A stretch of DNA of 64,000 bases, taken from contig JAHFGV010000006.1 in the NCBI GenBank assembly GCA_023247255.1, positions 14,231 to 78,230 of the forward strand, written 5' to 3'. The notes under the pieces were generated by a model that worked only from the letters and a program-made list of their open reading frames with translations, had not been told where the DNA came from and searched no databases. This document shows positions 38,554 to 48,645 of the stretch, in pieces. Both the position numbers and the translations under genes were made by a program. Position 1 is the stretch's first letter. Each line of letters opens with the position of its first letter. This DNA is from Candidatus Omnitrophota bacterium (GTDB taxonomy: Bacteria; Omnitrophota; Gorgyraeia; Aquiviventales; Aquiviventaceae).

Positions 38554-39632
38554 TGTTCAAAGATGGAGAGATCAGGGAGCCGAATAACTTAAGCTTTTTG
38601 AATGGGAAGACCCTTTTGGTTACCGGAGCAACCGGCTCATTTGGTCAACAGTTTACAGAGGCGGTGTTACGCGATAGCCATGTGAAGGCTCTGCGGATTT
38701 ACTCACGCGATGAGCTGAAACAGCACCATATGAGCCAGCTGTTTTCGGATGAGCGGTTGCGATTTTTTATTGGGGACGTGCGCGATAAGGAACGTTTGCG
38801 ACGAGCCATGCACGGTGTGGATATGGTCGTCCATGCCGCAGCGCTTAAGCAGGTTCCTGCCTGTGAATACAATCCTTTCGAGGCCGTGAAGACTAATATC
38901 CTCGGGGCAGTTAACATCATTGATACGGCCATTGACTGTAACGTGCAGCGAGTGATTGCCCTAAGTAGCGATAAGGCTGTGAATCCGATCAACCTCTATG
39001 GAGCGACTAAATTATGCGCGGAGAAGCTGTTTGTACAAAGCAACGCCTATTCTGGGCTGGATGGGACCCGTTTCAGTTCGGTTCGGTATGGCAACGTCGT
39101 GGGCAGCCGGGGCAGTGTTATCCCCTTGTTCCTTCAACAACGCACCCAGAGACTGGTTACCGTAACCGATAGGCGGATGACGCGTTTTTGGATCACCTTG
39201 GAACAGGGGGTGAACTTTGTCTTGCGGACCCTGGAGTTGATGCACGGCGGGGAAATCTTCGTGCCGAAGATTCCGAGCATGAACATCATGGACCTAGTCG
39301 ATGCGATTGCGCCCGATTGCGAGGTTCAATTTACCCAGATTCGTCCTGGTGAAAAACTCCATGAAATACTCATCTCCTCGGATGAGGCGCGACACACCCT
39401 GGAATTCCCAGACATGTTTGTCATTCAGCCCATGCATCCTTGGTGGAAATGTGATAACTGGAAAGAGGGCAAAGCCCTTCCGGACGGATTCGTTTACAGC
39501 AGCAACGCCAATCCACAGCAACTCAGTGTGGAGATTCTTCGGAACATGGTCGCTAGTCTCGGTGAGATGGAAGAATTCGCATCAACCGCAACGGGAGGCG
39601 CACCTGTCATGAAAGACACCAATGGCGACTGA
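38553..39632 (+). CDS. pseB: UDP-N-acetylglucosamine 4,6-dehydratase (inverting), PseB/FlaA1
   Basis: LLVTGATGSFG, ...SSDKAVNPINLYGATKLCAEK...: polysaccharide-biosynthesis CapD/PseB signatures; TAATG coupling. Confidence 0.8.
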   Translation: MFKDGEIREPNNLSFLNGKTLLVTGATGSFGQQFTEAVLRDSHVKALRIYSRDELKQHHMSQLFSDERLRFFIGDVRDKERLRRAMHGVDMVVHAAALKQVPACEYNPFEAVKTNILGAVNIIDTAIDCNVQRVIALSSDKAVNPINLYGATKLCAEKLFVQSNAYSGLDGTRFSSVRYGNVVGSRGSVIPLFLQQRTQRLVTVTDRRMTRFWITLEQGVNFVLRTLELMHGGEIFVPKIPSMNIMDLVDAIAPDCEVQFTQIRPGEKLHEILISSDEARHTLEFPDMFVIQPMHPWWKCDNWKEGKALPDGFVYSSNANPQQLSVEILRNMVASLGEMEEFASTATGGAPVMKDTNGD

Positions 39633-40851
39633 GGTTATCAGCTCCAAACCTGTTTTTAGCCATCCAGCGCTTGCGCTTTATGGAGGAACACCGATCAGGA
39701 CTCGGTTTTTGCCCTATGGGCATCAATCGATCGATGAGAGCGCTATCCAGGCGGTCGTCCAGGTGCTTCGTTCTGATTGGATCACCACAGGCCCAAAGAT
39801 TGCGGAATTCGAAGAGGCTATTGCGGCCGTTGTTGGAGCGCGGCAAGCCGTTGTGTTTAGCTCTGGAACTGCCGCTTTGCACGCCGCAGCTTTCGCGGCA
39901 GATCTTGAGCCTGGGCAGGAGGCGATCACAACGCCGCTTACGTTTTGCGCAACAGCCAATTGTATGCTCTATCAGGGAGCAAGACCTATTTTCGCTGACG
40001 TCTGTCCTGATACGCTTCTGATTGATCCCTGTGAGGTGGCTCAACGCATCACGCCTCGCACGAAAGCAATCCTTCCCGTCGACTACGCAGGGCATCCCGC
40101 GGCGTTAGGGGAATTCATGGAGCTAGCCAACCGTCATGGGCTTGTGATCATCGAAGACGCGACTCATGCCCTGGGAGCCACACATAAAGGGCGCAGGGTT
40201 GGAAGCATCGCGCACATGACGGTATTTAGCTTCCATCCAGTGAAGCACATCACGACAGGAGAAGGGGGCGCTGTCACCACAGACAATGTCCAGCTTGCCC
40301 ATCGGCTACGGAAGTTTCGGAATCATGGAATCGACTACGACCCACAGCTTCGTCAACACCACGGAACCTGGTATTACGAAATGGTGGAGCTTGGATATAA
40401 TTACCGATTGACGGATATCGGCTGTGCGCTTGGGCTTTCACAGTTGCGATCCCTTGAGGCGAATCTTGCCAGACGACGCGCTCTAGCGGACCGGTATACA
40501 GCGGCCTTAGCCGATCTTCCTGGCTTGACTCCCCCGGTGGTTCATACAGACGTTGAACCCGCATGGCATCTGTATCCTGTTCGGCTTGAATTAGCGAAAC
40601 TGCGCGTGGGGCGGGAAGAAATCTTTCGGGCTTTGCGCGCGGAGAATATCGGCGTCAACGTGCATTACATCCCCGTGCATCTTCATCCCTACTATCGCGC
40701 TCGATTCGGATATCGTGGGGGGGAATACCCCGTGGCTGAAATGGCCTACGAGCAATTGATCAGCCTGCCGATGTTTCCTGGCATGAGCGACTCAGATATC
40801 GAGGACGTCATCGAAGCACTGAGAAAGGTCATGAGCTACTATGCCCGGTGA
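39622..40851 (+). CDS. pseC: UDP-4-amino-4,6-dideoxy-N-acetyl-beta-L-altrosamine transaminase, PseC-like (DegT family)
   Basis: LPYGHQSIDESAIQAVVQVLRSDWITTGPKIAEFEEA... is the PseC-type N-terminus; PLP-Lys region FSFHPVKHIT. Confidence 0.75.
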   Translation: MATEVISSKPVFSHPALALYGGTPIRTRFLPYGHQSIDESAIQAVVQVLRSDWITTGPKIAEFEEAIAAVVGARQAVVFSSGTAALHAAAFAADLEPGQEAITTPLTFCATANCMLYQGARPIFADVCPDTLLIDPCEVAQRITPRTKAILPVDYAGHPAALGEFMELANRHGLVIIEDATHALGATHKGRRVGSIAHMTVFSFHPVKHITTGEGGAVTTDNVQLAHRLRKFRNHGIDYDPQLRQHHGTWYYEMVELGYNYRLTDIGCALGLSQLRSLEANLARRRALADRYTAALADLPGLTPPVVHTDVEPAWHLYPVRLELAKLRVGREEIFRALRAENIGVNVHYIPVHLHPYYRARFGYRGGEYPVAEMAYEQLISLPMFPGMSDSDIEDVIEALRKVMSYYAR

Positions 40852-40957
40852 TTCCTAAGGACATTGCCTTGCGCTTGTGGCTCGTTTGTTCACGAGCATC
40901 CACATTGTGCCTGGCATGACCGTGTGGTATTTTGAAACATACGAGAGGGGATGAAAC

Positions 40958-41950
40958 ATGTCTGTCGAGATCATCGCGGAAGTTGCGCAAGGCTACGCAG
41001 GCGATCCAACGCTCGCACGGCTGCTTGCACGCTCAGCTGTACTTGCCGGAGCCGATGCCGTGAAATTTCAACTCGTCTATGCCGATGAGTTGGCCACGCC
41101 TAATTACCCCTATTACGCCCGATTCCAAAAACTCCAGATGCCCCAGGACGCCTGGCACTGTGTCGTGCAAGAAGTTCGGGCAGGGAAACGGCGGCTCTAT
41201 CTCGACGTCTTTGGCGAGCGCAGTCTTGGCGAAGCCAAAGCCATGGGTGCTGACGGAGTGAAGATTCACAGCACCGATTTCTTCAACGACGACTTGGTGC
41301 GCGAGGCGCTGGCGTGCATGAGCCGCGTTTTTGTATCGCTCGGGGGTATTAGCGCGGATGAATTAGAGGAATTCCTGCACAGGCACCATCTGAGACCGAG
41401 TGATTCCCTCTGTCTGCTCTACGGATTCCAGGGATTTCCAACACCGATTGACTCCAACCATCTGCAGCGACTAGGTACCTTACGAGTGCGATTCCCAGGG
41501 TATCCGTTCGGGTTCATGGATCACACAGACGGTAGCGATGAGGAAACCATGACCGTTTCCTTGGTAGCGTTGGCGTATGGCGTGCAGTGTATCGAAAAGC
41601 ACATCACACTGGATCGCACCCTGCAACTAGAAGATTACATCTCGGCGCTTGACGGGGAGCACTTTCGTCACTTCGTGCAGCGTGTGCGCCAGCTGGAGAG
41701 CGCTTTGGGAACGGAGTCGCTAGAGCTGAGCGCACCTGAGTGGGAATACCGACGCAAAGCCGTGAAGACCATCGTTGCAAAACAGCATCTTAAGCAGGGC
41801 GATGTGGTGACACTCAATCAACTGTGCTTCAAGCGGGCAGCAGAGAAGAGTTCCGAAACATCGATCTACCGGCTCGATGAGGCAGTAGGCCGGACGCTAG
41901 TGGCCGACGTCGCCCCAAACCAATCACTGACCCGGGAAATGGTTCGATGA
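40958..41950 (+). CDS. NeuB-family aldolase-type synthase paralog 1 (divergent)
   Basis: IAEVAQGYAGD...AGADAVKFQL, GFMDHTDG, IEKHITLDR parallel the NeuB motifs IAEIGxNHNG...GxxAVKFQ, GFSDHS and IEKHFTLD. Confidence 0.6.
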   Translation: MSVEIIAEVAQGYAGDPTLARLLARSAVLAGADAVKFQLVYADELATPNYPYYARFQKLQMPQDAWHCVVQEVRAGKRRLYLDVFGERSLGEAKAMGADGVKIHSTDFFNDDLVREALACMSRVFVSLGGISADELEEFLHRHHLRPSDSLCLLYGFQGFPTPIDSNHLQRLGTLRVRFPGYPFGFMDHTDGSDEETMTVSLVALAYGVQCIEKHITLDRTLQLEDYISALDGEHFRHFVQRVRQLESALGTESLELSAPEWEYRRKAVKTIVAKQHLKQGDVVTLNQLCFKRAAEKSSETSIYRLDEAVGRTLVADVAPNQSLTREMVR

Positions 41951-42831
41951 GACGACTCGTCGCGACTCTCGCCTGCCGAGTGCAGGGCAGTCGGCTTTAC
42001 GGCAAGCCGCTGCAGCATTTGGATGTAGAGAACAGGGTGACGATTTTAGAGCACCTGATTAGTCTTATCCAGACGCTGCCATGCATCGAGGCTGTAGTCT
42101 TGGGCATCGCTCGAGGAGTAGAGAATGAACCGTTTCGGGACATCGCACGACGCCGGGGCATTGCCTTCATCATGGGAGATCAGCGGGACGTTTTGCAGCG
42201 GTTGATTCAGTGTGGGCGCAAGGCCCGTGGCACCGATGTGTTTCGGGTCACGACGGAGTCGCCGTTTTTCTACTACGAAGTCGTTGCGGACGCCTGGCGA
42301 CGACACATCGAAGCAGGCAATGACGTGACTACCTTCGACGGGGTACCCGCGGGCTCGTTTTTCGAAATCTATAGTCTCGAAGCCTTGGAGCGATCACACC
42401 GACTGGGGGATAAGAGGCATCGGTCTGAATATTGCAGCCTCTATGTCCGTGAACATCTCAAGGACTTTCAAGTTGAGGTGTTACCGATTCCTCCAGAGCT
42501 TGAACGCCTGGATCTGCGCTTCACGGTCGACTACCCGGAGGATCTGGTAGTCTGCCGTCAGGTGTACGAACATTTCAAAGCCCAGGCGCCACGCCTGCCT
42601 CTTCGCGACATTATTCGGTATGTAGATAGCCAGCCTCAGTTGAAAGCCCTAGTAGTACCCTATGTCGTCTCAAAACGACTCTGGTTTCTTCCCAGCCGTG
42701 AGCCAACTTGCTCTGCCGCCACCTGGTCTGCCGGTCAGAACCAGGCATCTAGCAATCTTAGCAGGCTGCGGAAAAACGCCACGCTTGCTCAAGGCTCGAG
42801 GCTTTTGGCTAGAGATCCAACGAATCGTTGA
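41947..42831 (+). CDS. Cytidylyltransferase of the PseF/SpsF/NeuA-like family (CMP-nonulosonate synthetase candidate)
   Basis: N-terminal RLYGKPL...nucleotide-binding region and C-terminal RFTVDYPEDL motif typical of CTP_transf_3 enzymes. Confidence 0.6.
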   Translation: MRRLVATLACRVQGSRLYGKPLQHLDVENRVTILEHLISLIQTLPCIEAVVLGIARGVENEPFRDIARRRGIAFIMGDQRDVLQRLIQCGRKARGTDVFRVTTESPFFYYEVVADAWRRHIEAGNDVTTFDGVPAGSFFEIYSLEALERSHRLGDKRHRSEYCSLYVREHLKDFQVEVLPIPPELERLDLRFTVDYPEDLVVCRQVYEHFKAQAPRLPLRDIIRYVDSQPQLKALVVPYVVSKRLWFLPSREPTCSAATWSAGQNQASSNLSRLRKNATLAQGSRLLARDPTNR

Positions 42832-42860
42832 TTGTCAATCGTCGATTGTCGATTTGTTGG
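42822..42860. repeat. Short heptamer array (reverse orientation: AAATCGAC AATCGAC GATTGAC AATCAAC)
   Basis: CGAATCGTTGATTGTCAATCGTCGATTGTCGATTTG lies between the cytidylyltransferase and pseI. Confidence 0.5.
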
Positions 42861-42932
42861 TAGTAAAATGTGGAGTGCCACTGCGAGACGCTCGTCGGCT
42901 TCGTAGAGGACTGACTCAACAAGGTAAACCAG

Positions 42933-43988
42933 ATGGTTTCGCATATCCAAATCGGAGAACGTCGGGTGGGTCAAGGTGAGTCCGCCTACATCATTGCCGA
43001 AGCGGGGGCCAACCACGACCGCGACCTGAAGATTGCGCACCGGTTAATCGACGTCGCAGCCGAGGCAGGGGTGGACGCAGTGAAATTTCAGACCTACCGC
43101 GCTGAAACGTTGTACTCGCGTTTCACCCCTCGTCTAAAAGAGATGGATGAATTTAACCGTTCCCCTGCTGGAGAAACGCCATTTGAACTCATTAAACGCA
43201 TCGAGCTGCCGTGGGAGTGGCAGGCAGAGTTGCATGATCACGCGGTGGATCGGGGTATCGATTTCCTGTCCACGCCCTTTGATCTTGAAGCGGTGGATGA
43301 GCTTGCGAAGTTTGGCGTGAAAGCGTTCAAGATCGCGTCGTATGAAATCGTCTACTACGCCCTATTGAGGGCAGCGGCTAAGTATCAACGTCCCCTGATT
43401 GTCTCGACTGGAAACAGTAGCTTGGCCGATGTGGAGCTAGCGGTGATGACGATCCGTGAGACCGGGAATCACCAACTCATTTTGCTGCATTGTATCAGCC
43501 AATATCCGGCCCGGTTTGAGGACCTGAACCTGCGTGCTATGCAAACGCTCGCCCACGCATTTGCTATGCCTGTGGGGTTCTCCGATCATACCCTTGACAA
43601 CACAGCAGCTGTGCTTGCAGTTGGGCTTGGGGCGTGCTGTTTTGAAAAACACTTCACCCTCGATCGCCGTCGTAGAGGACCCGATCACCCAAGTGCGCTT
43701 GAACCGGACGAGCTGGGTAAATACGTCCAAGCGATTCGAAATGCGGAGAAGGCCTTGGGTTCTTCAGTGAAACAAGTGCAGCCCTCAGAGGAGGAAAACC
43801 ACAGACTGGGTCGGCGAAGTCTTCATGCCTTAGTGGATATCTCGGAAGGAACCCGCATTACGGCAAAGATGTTGACGGTTAAACGCCCTGCCTTGGGCAT
43901 TCCTCCAAGCCAAGAGCCTCTCGTGATAGGGCGAGTCGCCAAACGAGATATTCGCGCCGATGAGTGGATCACATGGGAAATGATCTGA
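42933..43988 (+). CDS. pseI: Pseudaminic acid synthase PseI / NeuB family (paralog 2, canonical)
   Basis: IIAEAGANHDRDL...GVDAVKFQTY, STPFD, GFSDHT, FEKHFTLD, C-terminal SAF domain. Confidence 0.8.
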   Translation: MVSHIQIGERRVGQGESAYIIAEAGANHDRDLKIAHRLIDVAAEAGVDAVKFQTYRAETLYSRFTPRLKEMDEFNRSPAGETPFELIKRIELPWEWQAELHDHAVDRGIDFLSTPFDLEAVDELAKFGVKAFKIASYEIVYYALLRAAAKYQRPLIVSTGNSSLADVELAVMTIRETGNHQLILLHCISQYPARFEDLNLRAMQTLAHAFAMPVGFSDHTLDNTAAVLAVGLGACCFEKHFTLDRRRRGPDHPSALEPDELGKYVQAIRNAEKALGSSVKQVQPSEEENHRLGRRSLHALVDISEGTRITAKMLTVKRPALGIPPSQEPLVIGRVAKRDIRADEWITWEMI

Positions 43989-43994
43989 TGGGTC

Positions 43995-44918
43995 TTGCGT
44001 TGGAAAAACTGGAACTTCCTTCAAGAAAACAAGCGTAAGATGGCGTTGAGCGTGGTCATCACCGGGGCCTCTGGTTTTTTGGGTCAGGCCTTACTCGATA
44101 CAGTCACCACGAAGTGGCCCACGGCCAAGGTCTACCCACTCCATTCGCCCCGAGCCGGGGGCATCGATCTGGCGCACCCAGATGCGCCGGATCAATTGGC
44201 GGCCACGATCCATTTGTCAGACCCCGGCGAGACCATCTTGATCCATGCTGCAGCGAAAATCGCCTGGGATAGCCCGGATGGCTTACTGGACAATGCCGCG
44301 ATGGCGATTCATGTCGCCGCGTGGGCGCAAACTGCAAGGATTGGTTTTTGTGTGCTGGTGAGCACGGTGAGCGTGTATGCGCCCCTTACAGCAACTGATG
44401 TCCAGACGCCGTGCAAGCCCACGACGATGTATGGCCTTGGAAAATGGGCCGCGGAGGAAGTCTGGCGTCTGCGGGTGCCGGAAAAGCGCAGCGCCATTGT
44501 CCGGTTGGCTGGGCTCTGGGGATGGCAGCGTATGTCCACGTTATTTTGGAACCGCCTCCTTTTGGCGGCGGGGCAGGGGTCTGCGGCTGCCGAGCGGTCT
44601 GTGGTCTATCGAAGCCGAAGTGTCCGAAACTACATCTCTGTCCATGAAGCCAGCGACTGCCTCCTCCAAGTTGGGACAAACCGCATGAGTGGACTATTCC
44701 TTGGCGCCGGGCGGGATCCTGTCACCACCGGCTCCTTTGTCCAGGCACTCCAAGCACTGTCCGACTCCAGGCTCTGTGTGGATTGGGCGGACGATGGAGG
44801 AACGGATGAGCGCCTCTATCATCCAAGCCCCGAGCTGCTCCCGTGTCTTGCGCCCTTTCCGGAAGTGCTCTCGCGTGTGTGGTCCAAGCAGCCGGATTGG
44901 GTCTTGCAACGCTCATGA
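43995..44918 (+). CDS. NAD-dependent epimerase/dehydratase family protein (atypical SDR)
   Basis: VVITGASGFLGQALL, YGLGKWAAE; the start may be the Met at 44040. Confidence 0.5.
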   Translation: MRWKNWNFLQENKRKMALSVVITGASGFLGQALLDTVTTKWPTAKVYPLHSPRAGGIDLAHPDAPDQLAATIHLSDPGETILIHAAAKIAWDSPDGLLDNAAMAIHVAAWAQTARIGFCVLVSTVSVYAPLTATDVQTPCKPTTMYGLGKWAAEEVWRLRVPEKRSAIVRLAGLWGWQRMSTLFWNRLLLAAGQGSAAAERSVVYRSRSVRNYISVHEASDCLLQVGTNRMSGLFLGAGRDPVTTGSFVQALQALSDSRLCVDWADDGGTDERLYHPSPELLPCLAPFPEVLSRVWSKQPDWVLQRS

Positions 44919-45607
44919 AAATCGGACTCATGTCAGACATCCATGGGAACAGTCCTGCGCTGGAAGCAGTGCTTCCAGTGCTGTTCGCTGAGACGGATCA
45001 GGTGTTCTTCTTGGGCGATTTATGTGGATATTACCCATTCGTGGAGGAGTGCATCGCCCTCTGGGATCACGAGCGGGTTGTCGGCGTTCGCGGCAACCAT
45101 GATCAGATACTCCTGGACTGCCTTCAACATCACACCCCTCCTCCGACAACTTACCAAACCCGATATGGATCGGCGTTGGCACGAACCCTTCAACAGATCT
45201 CTCCCTCCTCAGTGGCACTTCTCCAGGGACTTCCGATTTCTCGAACGCTCACGATCAATGGCAAGGTCCTTGCGCTCTACCATGGAACACCTTGGGACCC
45301 ATTGGAAGGTCGCTTGTACCCAAACGATGACCACCTCGATCGCCTGGTGGATCTGCCTGCGGATATCATCCTGTTAGGTCATACCCACTACCCTTTCACC
45401 AGACGGTATCAGGACAAACTGATTGTGAATCCAGGTTCAGTGGGACAACCTCGGGATCGAAGCGGCGCCAGTGTGGCGATTCTGGATCTAGCAACAGAAG
45501 TGGTGGAACACCGTCGTGTGTTATTCAGTCCTCAGCGACTCATTGATGATGCGCGGCAGCATGATCCTGGAGTGCCGTACTTGGTCGAGGTGTTGACCCG
45601 GCGATGA
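44915..45607 (+). CDS. Metallophosphoesterase (calcineurin-like, YfcE/MPP family)
   Basis: MKIGLMSDIHGN...GDLCGY...RGNHD...GHTH: the MPP metal-binding motifs; ATGA coupling. Confidence 0.7.
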   Translation: MKIGLMSDIHGNSPALEAVLPVLFAETDQVFFLGDLCGYYPFVEECIALWDHERVVGVRGNHDQILLDCLQHHTPPPTTYQTRYGSALARTLQQISPSSVALLQGLPISRTLTINGKVLALYHGTPWDPLEGRLYPNDDHLDRLVDLPADIILLGHTHYPFTRRYQDKLIVNPGSVGQPRDRSGASVAILDLATEVVEHRRVLFSPQRLIDDARQHDPGVPYLVEVLTRR

Positions 45608-46644
45608 CAGAAGCCATTCAGGTGCTTGTCACAGGCGTTGGAGGCGATTTAGGTCAGGCGTTGGTGAAGGCCTTGCGGCTCAGCACGAGGCCGATCGTGT
45701 GTCATGGGAGCGATGCGGATGAGGCAGGCGTTGGGGCTGTATTTGTGGAGAGTTTTCAGATACTCCCACGGGCAGAAGATCCGAGTTATGTCAACGTGTT
45801 AGACCGGGTTTGTGGTGCCTTGGGTGTTGACGTGGTGATTCCTGGGAGTGAGCAAGAGATCGCTGTCTTGAGTCAACTGGGTCAGCCACCCCGGCTGCCG
45901 TCCGGCATTCGAGTCATCTGCCAGCAGTGGAGCTGGATCGAACGCTACGGTGACAAACTCACGTGTATGCAAACACTCACTGGGCATGTTGAGCTGTCGC
46001 CATTTGCGGACGGCGCTGATCGTCAGGCAGTGGCCGATGTCATTCAGCAAGTCGGATTCCCGGTGGTGGTGAAGTCTCGCCGCTCCAGAGGATCGCGAAG
46101 CCTACGCGTGGTCCACGATCAGCCAGAGCTGGACCGAGCGCTCAAGGCCACATCGCTTCCACTTCTCCAGGCTTTCCTCGATGACTCAGGTGGAGAATTT
46201 TCAGTGGGGGTTTTTGCGTGCGAGCCATTTTCGTCAGCCATTGCCTTCAAGCGCCAGTTGGGTCCCAGCGGGTGTTCTTGGTTTGCCCAGACCTCAACGG
46301 ATGCATCGGTCCTGGACTACGCCATGGCAATTGCTCGACTCTCCCACCTCAAAGGGAGCGCGAACATTCAGGTCCGAAAAACGTCACAGGGGGTTCGACT
46401 GCTTGAAGTCAACCCGCGCTTTTCCAGTCTCGTTGCGGCGAGAGCCGCTTGCGGATTTCGGGATGTGGAGTGGGCAATCGAGTTGGCCTTGGGGCGGAGT
46501 CTTGAGCAACCCGATGGGGAATTTCGGCATCTTCGCTTCCGTCGTTTCTTTCATGAACTGGTGGATGTCGGGGAGGGTTTCAAGGCGGTTGCCCAATGGT
46601 CCCCGAGGGAAATGCCGATGGCGTGTTGGAGGGTTAAGCGGTGA
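45604..46644 (+). CDS. ATP-grasp domain protein (carboxylate-amine ligase-like)
   Basis: PylC/CarB-like pre-ATP-grasp plus ATP-grasp pattern (...FPVVVKSRRSRGSRSL..., ...LEVNPRFS...). Confidence 0.55.
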   Translation: MTEAIQVLVTGVGGDLGQALVKALRLSTRPIVCHGSDADEAGVGAVFVESFQILPRAEDPSYVNVLDRVCGALGVDVVIPGSEQEIAVLSQLGQPPRLPSGIRVICQQWSWIERYGDKLTCMQTLTGHVELSPFADGADRQAVADVIQQVGFPVVVKSRRSRGSRSLRVVHDQPELDRALKATSLPLLQAFLDDSGGEFSVGVFACEPFSSAIAFKRQLGPSGCSWFAQTSTDASVLDYAMAIARLSHLKGSANIQVRKTSQGVRLLEVNPRFSSLVAARAACGFRDVEWAIELALGRSLEQPDGEFRHLRFRRFFHELVDVGEGFKAVAQWSPREMPMACWRVKR

Positions 46645-47693
46645 GGGCGTCTTTAGTCCTTCGGGCGGATGGCGGTCCACGTATTGGAGCGGGCCATGTG
46701 ATGCGCTGTTTGGCTCTGGCGCAGGCGTGGCAAGATACTGGCGGGCAGGCGGTATTTGTCATGGCCGAGCCCACCCCCACGCTGGAGGCACGAGTGCAAG
46801 CCGAAGGTATGCAGGTTATCAGGATTTCCGCAACACCTGGGAGCCATGATGATGCTTGCCAAACGGTTCGGCTGGCGCGACACCTCGATGCCTCCTGGGT
46901 TGTAGTGGACAGCTACCAGTGGGACACTGTGTCCCAGCGAATCGTAAAGGATGCGGGTCTGAGACTTTTGGTCATGGATGATATGGGTCAGGTGGGACGT
47001 TATGAGGCGGACTTGATCCTCAACCAGAACTTGCATGCCCACGAAGGACTTTATGCGAACCGACCCTCTACCTGTGAGCTCTTGTTGGGAGGGGAGTATG
47101 TCTTGTTACGAAGAGAATTTCTCCAATGGCAGGAATGGAGGCGGGAGATTCCTAGCGTTGGGCGCAATCTGCTGATCATGTTGGGTGGCAGTGATCCAGA
47201 AAATCTGACGCTTCGCTTGATCGAGGCGTTTCACACTATGGAGATCGAAAAGATTCAGGTAGTAGTAGTCATCGGAGGCATGAATCCGTACTATTCTCAA
47301 TTACAGGAAGTTATTAGGAGTTGTCGGGTTCCGATCCGGTTGGAACGTGAGGTGACACGGATGGCGGAGTTGATGGCGTGGGCCGACGTAGCCATTTCCT
47401 CAGGAGGCACGACCGTTTGGGAATGTGCCTTTATGGGGCTGCCCACTATTGTCGGTGTCATCGCAGAGGTTGAGGATTATCTAGTGAGTGGGCTCCGGAG
47501 GCATGGACTCTTTCTGCATCTAGGCTGGTTTAGAGAAACACCGGTGGAACAGCTTATGAACCTGCTGACGGTATTGACGAATGACCAACTGCAGCGTCAA
47601 CATATGAGCGAGCTCGGCCGACGACTTATCAACGGTCAGGGGTGCCAGAGAGTACTCGGAAGGATAAGGAATGGGAAGTCCGCTGACTGGTAA
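46641..47693 (+). CDS. pseG: UDP-2,4-diacetamido-2,4,6-trideoxy-beta-L-altropyranose hydrolase PseG-like (MurG-like GT-B fold)
   Basis: LVLRADGGPRIGAGHVMRCLALAQAW... N-terminus typical of PseG; C-terminal ...ISSGGTTVWECAFMGLPT. Confidence 0.7.
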   Translation: MRASLVLRADGGPRIGAGHVMRCLALAQAWQDTGGQAVFVMAEPTPTLEARVQAEGMQVIRISATPGSHDDACQTVRLARHLDASWVVVDSYQWDTVSQRIVKDAGLRLLVMDDMGQVGRYEADLILNQNLHAHEGLYANRPSTCELLLGGEYVLLRREFLQWQEWRREIPSVGRNLLIMLGGSDPENLTLRLIEAFHTMEIEKIQVVVVIGGMNPYYSQLQEVIRSCRVPIRLEREVTRMAELMAWADVAISSGGTTVWECAFMGLPTIVGVIAEVEDYLVSGLRRHGLFLHLGWFRETPVEQLMNLLTVLTNDQLQRQHMSELGRRLINGQGCQRVLGRIRNGKSADW

Positions 47694-48627
47694 GCGTATT
47701 CTTGTAACGGGCTCATCGGGGGTTATTGGACGTGAGCTTCTGACTCTGCTGGCCAACACCGACGCCGAGATTCTTTCGGTGGATCGCTCTCCCCTTCCGA
47801 CAGTGCTGGGTGAGCGCGTGCAGCATCTACAGCGTGATATCGTAGCCGATCCGTTGGAGGCCCTTGGTCGCTTTCGTCCCCACTGCTTCTTTCATCTGGC
47901 AGCGGCGTTTGAGCGCTCCAAGGAATCTCCCGCATTCTGGAATACGAATTGGCAGGACAACGTCGTGCTCAGCCATCGGCTTCTTGAAGCGGTGAAGGCC
48001 TGTGACGAGTTGGCGGTGTTGGTCTTTGCCTCGAGTTACTTGGTTTACTCGCCGGCGCAGTATTTGTTTCCCGATGCCAGGCCGCATGCTGTGCGGTTGC
48101 CTGAACAGGGCACGGTGACACCACGCAATCTCTGTGGCGCGGCGAAGTACTATACGGAGCAGGAAATCGACTTTGTCAAAGCGTATTTCCGCCCTTCGCT
48201 TCGGACGGTCCATGCCCGAATATTTCGCGTCTACGGATGCGGGTCGAGAGATGTGATTTCCCGATGGGTGCGCGCCGGACTCGATGGCCAGCCAATCGAG
48301 ATGTACAACTCCCAGAATCGCTTTGATTTTATCTTCGCCCGTGACGTAGCTGAAGGGCTCATGAAGTTGGCTGAATGCCCCCAAGCGAAAGGCGCCGTCA
48401 ACATTGGGACCGGCTCCTCACGGAGCATCCATGAGATGGCGGCCCTCCTAAGTGAACAGCTACCTGTCATTCGATCGCTGATCCGAGACACTGGACAACG
48501 GGAAGACATCGAAGCCAGTTGCGCAGACACGACGAACCTTGCGGCGCTCACCGGCTGGACGCCCCCCACGACGTTAGAAAAGGGACTCGGAGCACTGGTA
48601 GAGTTTGAGCGACAGCCAAGGCTCTAA
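47671..48627 (+). CDS. NAD-dependent epimerase/dehydratase (SDR)
   Basis: KRILVTGSSGVIGREL, ...YCGAAKYYTE... Confidence 0.55.
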   Translation: MGSPLTGKRILVTGSSGVIGRELLTLLANTDAEILSVDRSPLPTVLGERVQHLQRDIVADPLEALGRFRPHCFFHLAAAFERSKESPAFWNTNWQDNVVLSHRLLEAVKACDELAVLVFASSYLVYSPAQYLFPDARPHAVRLPEQGTVTPRNLCGAAKYYTEQEIDFVKAYFRPSLRTVHARIFRVYGCGSRDVISRWVRAGLDGQPIEMYNSQNRFDFIFARDVAEGLMKLAECPQAKGAVNIGTGSSRSIHEMAALLSEQLPVIRSLIRDTGQREDIEASCADTTNLAALTGWTPPTTLEKGLGALVEFERQPRL

Positions 48628-48645
48628 CCGCTTGACGTGCATTCC